Assembly: GCA_039683575.1 (NCBI GenBank)
Contig: JBDKRC010000045.1
Coordinates: forward strand, 1 to 15,018
Source of the DNA: Armatimonadia bacterium
GTDB lineage: Bacteria; Armatimonadota; Zipacnadia; Zipacnadales; UBA11051
Length of the DNA stretch: 15,018 nucleotides
Reading direction: 5' to 3'
Shown here: positions 1 through 7,500 of the stretch, in pieces
Position numbering within the stretch: the stretch's first letter is position 1
How the letters are laid out: each line of letters opens with the position of its first letter
The notes under the pieces: generated by a model
Seen by the model: only the letters and a program-made list of their open reading frames with translations
Database searches by the model: none
Told to the model about the DNA's origin: nothing
Program-made: the position numbers and the translations under genes

Positions 1-107
1 GGCCCAGGCAGGCGAGTGGCTAGCCAGCCGGACGGTGTGACGCTTGAGGCCGATCTCGTTCAACTCAGGCACACTACTTCACGTTGCGAACCGGGCTGGA
101 AGCCAGG

Positions 108-199
108 CCGCCGTTTGACCCCCAACGGGGCCTCTCCGCGTCCCGGAGGGACGCTCATTCCCAAGGCCGGGATTTCAATCCCGGACGACCCCCATCCCC
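108..199. repeat. REP/REPIN-like repeat, family B, copy 1 (hairpins GCGTCCC-gga-GGGACGC and CCGGGATT-tc-AATCCCGG)
   Basis: 92-bp direct repeat of 363..454 with 3 mismatches (118/373, 162/417, 188/443). Contains two perfect short palindromes. A third, inverted copy lies at 14829..14882. Confidence 0.9.
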
Positions 200-224
200 G
201 CCCCCTGCCCCATCCTGCCATACC

Positions 225-311
225 AGCGGCATCCCTGCCGCCAATCGGTCGTACGAGCGGCATCCCTGCCGCGAGATCTCGCCAACGAAGCCGGGCTTCC
301 AGCCCGGCGGG
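225..311. repeat. REP-like repeat, family A (GTACGAGCGGC-loop-GCCGCGAG ... GCCGGGC-ttcca-GCCCGGC)
   Basis: AGCGGCATCCCTGCCGC occurs at 225..241 and 256..272. 250..311 aligns with the reverse complement of 7427..7488 and 7514..7575. 91..107 is an inverted copy of 291..307 with 1 mismatch. Confidence 0.85.
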
Positions 312-362
312 CCACGCCTGCCAACCCCACCCCTTGACTCCTCCTCCGCTCGCAGCCCGTTC

Positions 363-454
363 CCGCCGTTTGCCCCCCAACGGGGCCTCTCCGCGTCCCG
401 GAGGGACGCTCATTCCTAAGGCCGGGATTTCAATCCCGGACGGCCCCCATCCCC
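363..454. repeat. REP/REPIN-like repeat, family B, copy 2
   Basis: Direct repeat of 108..199, offset 255 bp. Confidence 0.9.
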
Positions 455-493
455 TCCCCAATACCCCAACCGTCTTCCCCGCCGTCTCCGTCA

Positions 494-576
494 GGCCCGA
501 AGGGCCGCCCAGCCTCTAGCCAGGGCCGCAAGGCCCTGGAACACTCCGCTCCCCTCATTTTGAGCCCCGAAGGGGC
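494..576. repeat. Three short palindromes (GGCCC-gaa-GGGCC 494..506, CCAGGGCC-gcaa-GGCCCTGG 520..539, GCCCC-gaa-GGGGC 564..576); REP-like, possibly 3' mRNA hairpins of the methyltransferase transcript
   Basis: Perfect inverted repeats read directly, starting 20 bp past the stop codon at 597. Confidence 0.75.
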
Positions 577-596
577 GACAGCAGCAGCACACACCT

Positions 597-2222
597 CTAC
601 TCTTCATCATCTTCAAACAACGTCCCCGCCACACTCTCTCGCTCCACCTTCGGCCCCTGCGCATAGCTCACCGACGTATAGTGCAGCGGCGCGCACTCGA
701 TCTGCTTCTTCTCCTCCACCAAATCCTTGATCGTCAAAATCTGAATGCGCGGATACTTCTTCGTCTCGTCATACGGCAGCACATAGAAACCCGCGCTCGC
801 CGCCTCGTTGAGCATGTCCTTCGTCGGCGGCTGGAGCGTAATGAGCACCCCAAGCGCGGCATTCTCTCGCCCCACCGTGCCCACGAGGTCGCGTACGGCG
901 GCGGAGGTCACGTGCCCCGACTTCACCTGAATCACCGCGTGGGTATACTGGTCTTTGCCCTTGATTGCGCCCTGGTTGAAGGGGATGCGCCCATCCACAC
1001 CCTTGTCCGCCCCCTTCTTCACCTCGATGGGCCGCGCCTTGACCAGCCCGAGGGCCCACAACTGGAACTGGTGCCGATCCTGCTGCGCAAGCGCCTCCGC
1101 GCCGGAGACCGACGTGGGCTCACCGACAACCTCATAGTCCGGCCCGTCCCCTAGCCTCTGCTTCATCAGCGTAATGGCAAGGTGGGTCACGTCAATCCCG
1201 ATCCACTTCCGGCCCAACTTCTCAGCTGCGACTACGGTGGTGCCGCAGCCACAGAACGGATCGAGCACCAAGTCGCCATCGCTCGATGAGGCGTTGATGA
1301 TGCGTTCGAGGAGGGCCACAGGCTTCTGGGTGGGATAGCCGAGACGCTCCGCCGTCAGGGCGTGGATCGGCGGGATGTCGTCCCAGGAACAGGTGACGGG
1401 CATGCCAGGTTGCTCATCCAGGTAGCGCTTAAGCTGAATTCGACCGTTCGGATTTTTCGGGTAATGAAGACGACCTTCAGCGTCGAGTTCCGCCATGCGC
1501 TCCTGTGAAACGCGCCAACCGTTTTCCGGCGGCTTCCATCCTTTGTAGTCATACGTCAGATTTGGACGAGGATGCGGACTACTCAGATTGTCGCGACGCC
1601 ATCTGCGTCCATCGGGGTCTGCGTGGACGTAGAAAGTCTCGATGTAGCTTTCCGAATAAGGCGCGTACTGGACGTTGAAGACGTAGCGGTTGGTCTTAGT
1701 GTAGAAGAAGATGATGTCGGTCGTATCGGCATACTTGCGACGGGCATCTCCGTGGCCGCTCGTCCGCTTCCAGGTGATCTCATTTCTGAAGTTCAGCGGC
1801 CCAAACACCGCGTCCAACAACACCTTCAGATAATGACTCGCCGTCGGGTCGCAATGCAGATACAAACTCCCCGTCGGCTTCAGCACCCTCCGCAGTTCCA
1901 CCAGTCGCGGAGCCATCATCGTCAGGTACGCCAGCATCGGGTTACAGCCCAAAAGTCGCTGGAACGCCATCAGCGCGTCCGACACCGGTCCTCCCGCCCG
2001 TACCGTCTCATCAAACTGCTCCGCCGCATCGTGCCAATGCCACGTGTCCTCAAACGCCTGAATCTGCGAGGCCGCCTGCGTCCCGTCCTCCTCCTTGAAG
2101 AGCACGTTGTACGACGCGTTGGAGTTGAAGGGCGGGTCGAGGTAGATCAAATCTACCGTCTCGTCCTTCAAGTACCGCCGCATGATGTCCAGATTGTCCC
2201 CGAAGTACAGTGTGTTCTTCAT
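597..2222 (-). CDS. Site-specific DNA methyltransferase (N6-A/N4-C, beta class) with C-terminal Mrr-like restriction endonuclease domain, 541 aa
   Basis: N-terminal LYFGDNL; catalytic DLIYLDPPF; YPTQKP; SAM-binding LDPFCGCGTT; C-terminal ADKGVDG...IQVKSG (PD-(D/E/Q)xK type). Start moved to ATG 2222 (MKNTLYFGD), which has GAGGGGG upstream. Confidence 0.92.
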   Translation of the reverse strand: MKNTLYFGDNLDIMRRYLKDETVDLIYLDPPFNSNASYNVLFKEEDGTQAASQIQAFEDTWHWHDAAEQFDETVRAGGPVSDALMAFQRLLGCNPMLAYLTMMAPRLVELRRVLKPTGSLYLHCDPTASHYLKVLLDAVFGPLNFRNEITWKRTSGHGDARRKYADTTDIIFFYTKTNRYVFNVQYAPYSESYIETFYVHADPDGRRWRRDNLSSPHPRPNLTYDYKGWKPPENGWRVSQERMAELDAEGRLHYPKNPNGRIQLKRYLDEQPGMPVTCSWDDIPPIHALTAERLGYPTQKPVALLERIINASSSDGDLVLDPFCGCGTTVVAAEKLGRKWIGIDVTHLAITLMKQRLGDGPDYEVVGEPTSVSGAEALAQQDRHQFQLWALGLVKARPIEVKKGADKGVDGRIPFNQGAIKGKDQYTHAVIQVKSGHVTSAAVRDLVGTVGRENAALGVLITLQPPTKDMLNEAASAGFYVLPYDETKKYPRIQILTIKDLVEEKKQIECAPLHYTSVSYAQGPKVERESVAGTLFEDDEE

Positions 2223-2257
2223 CTGCCATTCCCCCTCGTTTCGATGGTCGCGAACCG

Positions 2258-2542
2258 CTATTCCCCCGCGTACGCATGCGCATAGTGTTCGGGTGGCTGG
2301 CGCTCCAGCCATCCGCGATGCTTGAGCAGCGGGACAACTTCCTCTCGCGCGGCGGCAAACAATCTATCTGCCGCTTCGAGCATAATCTGCTCATCCGGCC
2401 GAAGCTCAAGCCCCTCAGCAATGGCCGCGCGCAACTCCTCGCGCCAGTGCATCGCCTGCCAGACGTTCATCTCGTCCAGGTCCCCCGCGTCTAGCGAGAA
2501 GTGGCACCACGATCCCAGACAGCACCGCAGTTCGCTGTCCAT
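2258..2542 (-). CDS. Hypothetical protein, 94 aa (MDSELRCCLGSW...HAYAGE)
   Basis: The ATG at 2542 overlaps the purB stop (TGATG). The ORF fills the purB-to-methyltransferase gap and has protein-like, acidic, helical composition. Confidence 0.7.
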   Translation of the reverse strand: MDSELRCCLGSWCHFSLDAGDLDEMNVWQAMHWREELRAAIAEGLELRPDEQIMLEAADRLFAAAREEVVPLLKHRGWLERQPPEHYAHAYAGE

Positions 2543-3939
2543 CACCACCCCCCCAGTCTCATCTCCCACTCCTCACAAATCGCCGCCGTCTTCTCCGCCG
2601 CATACCCCGTATAGCACGTCGGATCCCTCAGCACACACAACTGCTCTTCCGCCAGCTTCGCCAGCCACGGCTTCAACTCTTCATCCTCAAAGATACACTC
2701 GGCCAACGGTCGGCACTCTTTCTGCGCGCAGAGCGTCAACTTCCGCACCGCCTCATGCGCGTCGGGATGGCCGTAGGCGGCGAAGAGGATGTAGGCGGGC
2801 TCGGCGGCGATCATGCCCTGGGTCATCGCGAAGTTCTGCTTCATGCGCTCCTGGTCGGTCACCAGCTTGCCCATGATGCGGGCCATGCGGCGGGTGGTGG
2901 AGACGAGGGCGACAACGATCTCGGGCAGGAAGCGCGCGGAGGCGGAGTTGGTCAGGTCGCGCTGGTGCTCGGAGATCTGGTCCATGTAGACCGTGATCAT
3001 GCGGGGCATGAACTGCTTCCACATGCTCTTGGCGTTCTCAAAGTTCCACGGGTTGCGCTTGTGGGGCATGGTCGAAGAGCCGACCTGCTGGGCCTCGAAG
3101 AGCTCCCCCACCTCGGCGATTTCGGTGCGCTGCAAGTGGCGCATGTCGTCGGCGAGGTTGGCGAGGACACCGAAGGCCGAGAGGAGGGCGTGGACGTAGT
3201 CGGCGACGTATTCGGCCTCTACGACCTGGGTGGAATGCATCGAGGGCTTGAGGCCGATTTCGGCGAGGACCTCGGTCTCGAATTCGACGGGATTGTCGAA
3301 GAAGAGGCTGGAGGCGTTGTAGGCGCCGACTGCGCCGCTGATCTTGCCGCGCATGTCCTCGGCGGCGCGCTTGATGGCCTCGAGGCGGGTGCCGAGGCGG
3401 CTGACGTATTCGGCGATGGCAAAGCCGAAGGTGACCGGTACGGCGTGCTGGCCGTGGGTGCGGCCCATCTGGAGGGTATCTTTCTCGCGGCGGGCGAGCT
3501 CGATGAGGACACGTTCGAGTTTGACCAACTCAGGGACGACCGCCTGCAGGGCGGCGTTCTTCAGGCGCCAGGCTGTGGCGCTGTCCACTACGTCGAAGCT
3601 GGTGAGGGTGAAGTGGACGAACGGGCGGGCGTCCTCGCTGACCTTGCTCTGGATGGTATTGACGAGGGCGCGGATGTTGTGGTGGATGCGCGCTTCCTCA
3701 GCGGCCACTTCGGAGGGGTCAATGTCGGCGCAGACTTTGGCGACCTCCTCGGCCACTTTCTCGGAGCAGATTCCGCGGCGGGCGAGGACCCGAGTCGCGG
3801 CCGCTTCGACCATGGCTTCCGACAATACCCTACCATGTTCGGTGACATATGGATCGAGCAGTTTTTGGAGCGCCTCGTCCTGTCCGTAATAGCGGAAGTC
3901 GAGGGGTGAGACGTTGTCGAATATGGTGCGTTCGGGCAT
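2542..3939 (-). CDS. purB: Adenylosuccinate lyase, 465 aa
   Basis: SPLDFRY near the N-terminus, MGRTHGQHA, KISGAVG, and the fumarate-lyase signature GSSTMPHKRNP, EHQRDLTNS. Start set to ATG 3939 with GGAG upstream. Confidence 0.93.
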   Translation of the reverse strand: MPERTIFDNVSPLDFRYYGQDEALQKLLDPYVTEHGRVLSEAMVEAAATRVLARRGICSEKVAEEVAKVCADIDPSEVAAEEARIHHNIRALVNTIQSKVSEDARPFVHFTLTSFDVVDSATAWRLKNAALQAVVPELVKLERVLIELARREKDTLQMGRTHGQHAVPVTFGFAIAEYVSRLGTRLEAIKRAAEDMRGKISGAVGAYNASSLFFDNPVEFETEVLAEIGLKPSMHSTQVVEAEYVADYVHALLSAFGVLANLADDMRHLQRTEIAEVGELFEAQQVGSSTMPHKRNPWNFENAKSMWKQFMPRMITVYMDQISEHQRDLTNSASARFLPEIVVALVSTTRRMARIMGKLVTDQERMKQNFAMTQGMIAAEPAYILFAAYGHPDAHEAVRKLTLCAQKECRPLAECIFEDEELKPWLAKLAEEQLCVLRDPTCYTGYAAEKTAAICEEWEMRLGGW

Positions 3940-4110
3940 GTTATTTTCTCCAGTAGCAAGTGAAAGAAACGGCATTCGAAAAAATCGTTGGACAAGGCGC
4001 TAGAGTCGCGCGATCAGGCAGAAAAGCCGGAAAAGCCCCTCTACGGGCCTCTCAGGCTGTTGTCGATATGATCAGCTGTGGAAAGCGCGGTTCTGGGGCC
4101 GATTCGGGTA

Positions 4111-4134
4111 CTATTCAACGTTCTGATTGAATAG
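4111..4134. promoter_or_regulatory. Perfect AT-rich dyad CTATTCAA-N8-TTGAATAG, candidate protein-binding site upstream of purB
   Basis: 8-bp perfect inverted repeat in the intergenic gap. Function is inferred only. Confidence 0.4.
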
Positions 4135-4598
4135 CCTGGAATCCACGTAGCGCCGGCTTAGAGCCCCGCAGCCCGTTTCGCCAGACTGTTATATACCATC
4201 ATGACCAGGACATCTCACAGGCAGCCCCGAGACACTTTCTGAGCGCTTAGTGATCAGCTGGAAGCGCAAAATGGCTAAGAAGCCCCGCTGCGCGGCTCCT
4301 GGCCGCATTCACACTGTTTCAGGCGCAAAGACGGCCTGTTGCAGCCTGCCGCGGAGGTGTCTCTCTGCCCCGCAGCGCCCGCTCACAGCCCCGGAGCGCA
4401 ATATCGCCACTCGCCACTCCACCCCCTCAAACACTCCGCGAAAGCGGGCATTCGCATGAAACTTGGCGCACAAAACGGGCAGTGTGGCCCTGTCATTGTA
4501 TGCTTTATTGTCAAGCTGAGCGAAGCGAAGCAGCTCCCGGTGCGGAGAAGATCCTTCGTCGCCAAAGGCGTTCTTCAGGATCACAACACCAGGCTGCT

Positions 4599-7500
4599 CT
4601 ACCAGTTCTTTACCACAACCATGGCAGCGTTCCCGGGGTAAGTCAGCGGCTGGGTAGCCTCCTGATTCACACACTCCCCACTCTGGGTATACACAGTCAC
4701 CCGCACCCTGTCGCGGAGGGTCGGCAGGCTGAATTTGATGCCCGGCGTATCGCAGTAAACATAGTAGCTCGCGCCCATGCACACCAGTTCCCAGAGTCCG
4801 TTCACCATGTCGAGGCTGATGACCTGTTTGCCGTCGAGAGAGACAGTGGTCGGTGTCGCTGAGGGCTTGCCGAGAGTGTCTATCGGTGCCTTGCCGAGAG
4901 CGGTCAGGGCGTAGAGGGTCTTGTCGGGGGTGCTGACATGCAGGTTCTTCTCTTCGCCAGTGTTGGTGGCGGTGGTGACCATTTTGAGTGACCAGCGTGA
5001 GGTCTCGCGGAGGGGCTTGCCATCGAGACTGAGGCAGATCAGGGCGCCGAGCGGGGACTGGGTCTTCAGCGAGAGCATCGGATTGGTTTCGGCGGAACGG
5101 GCCTGCAGGGAACCCGCGAGGACCTGGGTCTGCGGGGCGTTGACGATCAGCAGTTCTTCATTGATGAGACGCTTGACCTGACCCGTGTCCGAGACGAAGC
5201 GGTTGTCATCCATGAAGCTGTGGGAGACCGGGTCCTCAAAGAGCTGGCCGAGGGCGTCGAGGGCAACCCGGAGCTCGTGGACGGCATTGAGGCGGCGGAA
5301 GACGTAGTTGCGGCGCTTCATGTCGCGGAAGCCCAGGCACATCTCGCCATCCTCGCCGACGCCGATGGGGCGCAGGTCCGGGTTCTGTTGGATGTCGGCG
5401 AGCAGGTAGCCGGGGGAGGCCATGAGACGGTGCTTTTGGCCGGAATCAAACATGGTGCCGCCGAAGCTGAAGTCCTGGGTCTTCTCGGGGACGGTCGCGA
5501 GTTCGTAGCCGCTTAGCTGGTCGGCGGATTTGTCGCGCTGGTGGTCGAGGAGGTCGCGGGCGGGCCAGTTGCCGCAGATGACGGTGCGCTCCCCAGGATA
5601 GGCGCCGCCGCTGGTGCGACCGGAGGCGACGACGAGGTCCGGCTTCTGGTCGAGCTTCTGGTCGTAGAAGAGATTGCTGACCTGGCTCACCCACCCGAGC
5701 TTGTAGATGTCGGTGGGGAGAGGCTGGTAGGTCGGGTAGTGGGTGTCCACGCTGGAATAGGCGATGGCGGTTTTGCGCCTGGCGGGAGCGACCTGGCGCT
5801 TGAGGAAGAGCGAGGCGCACATGCCGGAGACGCCCCAGCGCGTGGGATCGGAGCGGACATCGAAGAACTCAAGCTGGCGACGGCCGGGGCGAACGTCGTA
5901 GGTGAAGAGGATCATGGCGTCGAGGTCCTGCAGCGCCCCGTAGACGGCGGCTTCGACGGTCCCAGCGGCGCGGAACTTGTTGGGCCAGCAGACATTCCAC
6001 TCGCGGACGACGAGGGGCTTGCCGTAGACGCGGCCAGAGCAGACGCGCGGGACGAAGGTTTCGACGCGGGCGTCGGCGAGGGGATTGGCATTCTCAAAGA
6101 AACCGGGCAGGCGCCACTCGTTGCCGCGCTGCCAGGCGGGGTGATCGTAGTAGAAGTTCATCCCGACGAAGTCGAGGGACGAGGCGACGGCCTGCTGGTC
6201 GGAGAGGTGCCCGGAGTCGGTGACGGCGGTGAGGGGCTGGCGGACACCGTGACTGCGGAGGTAGTCGGACATCTGGCGGAAGTAACGCTGGTGAAGAGAG
6301 ACGAAGAACAGGCGGCGGTCGGCGACGCGGCCTACCTGCCCGGCCTCGGGGTCCACCGGCGCGGCCGTGGGCGAGGGGAAGCCAGGGTCACGGGCGGGAG
6401 CCGGGAAGAGGCGGACGGTGCTCTGCTCGAGCTTCTCGTCGGACAGGAGCCCCCGCTGGTTATCGGAATCAGTCCAGGCCTCCGCGAGCGTGGCGGTGTC
6501 GCCGTAGCGCTCTTTCAGCCAGTCGTTCCACATGCCCTGAAGCTGCTCGCGATAGGGGGAGACCATAGTCTGCCAGTCTTTGGCGCGGATGAAGAGACCG
6601 TTCTCGTCGCAGAGCTCGACGAGGCAGACGGTGGGGTCCTGCGCGTAGGAGAGGCGGGTGTACGGGTTGATATGATCGATCAGGAGCTTGCGAGCGTACT
6701 GCTGCTGCAGCATGATCAGGCGGCGGTCGAAGAAGGCGTAGGGCTTGGCGCCGCGGCCGAGGGTGGGGCCACCGGGGACGTCCTCAGCCTCGTGGAAGGT
6801 GCGGTAGTCGAGGAGGTCGAGGTAGACGTAGATCCCCCGCTTGCCGAGTTCGGAGATCCAGTAGTCGAGCAAGGCGAGCTTGCCAAGGTCGAAGCGCTCG
6901 GAGGAGCCCGCGGCTTCTTTGGGCAGCAGGCCCTCGAAATCGTCGAAATGGTGGAAGCGGACGAGGTTGAAGCCCGCCCGGTCTATGGTGTTGATGGTCT
7001 CATCGATGACAGGTTTGGGGACGAAGACGGAGCCTTTGGCGATGTTGATACCCCAAAAGCGGGCGCGCTTGCCATTCTCGAAGTAGAAGTGGCCGTCCTT
7101 GCCCGCGAACATGTCGCCATTGAGGCCAGTGGTCCGGTCGTGGAGGTAGCTGAAATCCACCAGGGAGGAGGCAGGGAAGTCGGTCTGGTTGGGGTCGAGC
7201 GTCACGGGCTGTGGCTCGGGGGCTTCCGCGGGTGGGGCGCCGAGGGCGAGGGTGGTGGTGAGGAGGAGGACCAGGACGATCAGGATTATGGCGCGCCGGG
7301 CCGGATGCCGACGGTGAGGCTGTCGGCATTCGGCCCCTCCATGTGGCGCTACGGTCGCGCGGGGACTGCAAACGGTCTCGCGTGGAGCGCTCCTAATGGT
7401 GTCACAGTGGGTAGCGGGTTGCGGCACCCGCCCGGCTGGAAGCCGGGCTCCGTTGGCGGTGCGCTCGCGGCTGGAAGCCGCTCGTACGGCCTTGGGGATG

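Noticed and set aside
1-70. Possible 3' end of a plus-strand gene (e.g. AQAGEWLASRTV*, stop at 38..40)
   Set aside because: Too short to choose a frame or support a call.
108-454. CRISPR array interpretation of the direct repeats here and at 7427..7575 and 12733..12788
   Set aside because: Only two copies each, lengths and spacing atypical, dispersed homologs elsewhere, and no cas genes.
16-519. ORFs 16..519 (+), 60..461 (-) and 84..419 (+)
   Set aside because: Pro/Gly/Arg-rich translations of GC-rich palindromic repeats; their internal peptide repeats just mirror the DNA repeats.
4140-4190. ZTP or purine riboswitch upstream of purB (minus-strand CTGGCGAA)
   Set aside because: The remaining conserved elements of either riboswitch could not be found.
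4453-4514. Sigma54-like CGCATGAAACTTGG, and minus-strand TTGACA-N8-TACAAT
   Set aside because: The invariant GG/GC of sigma54 promoters is missing, and the TTGACA-TACAAT spacer of 8 nt is far too short for sigma70.
2760-4598. oriC (skew switch plus long intergenic region)
   Set aside because: Only weak DnaA-box-like matches (e.g. TGTGGAAAG near 4078), no box cluster or clear AT-rich unwinding element, and no dnaA/dnaN nearby.
4250-4782. ORFs 4250..4459, 4309..4782, 4339..4641 and 4383..4565
   Set aside because: No recognisable motifs, RBS or typical codon bias; some overlap the hydrolase gene.
7326-7341. GGAGG-N6-ATG as the hydrolase start
   Set aside because: This ATG is out of frame with the signal peptide and catalytic domain, and it lies inside a hairpin.
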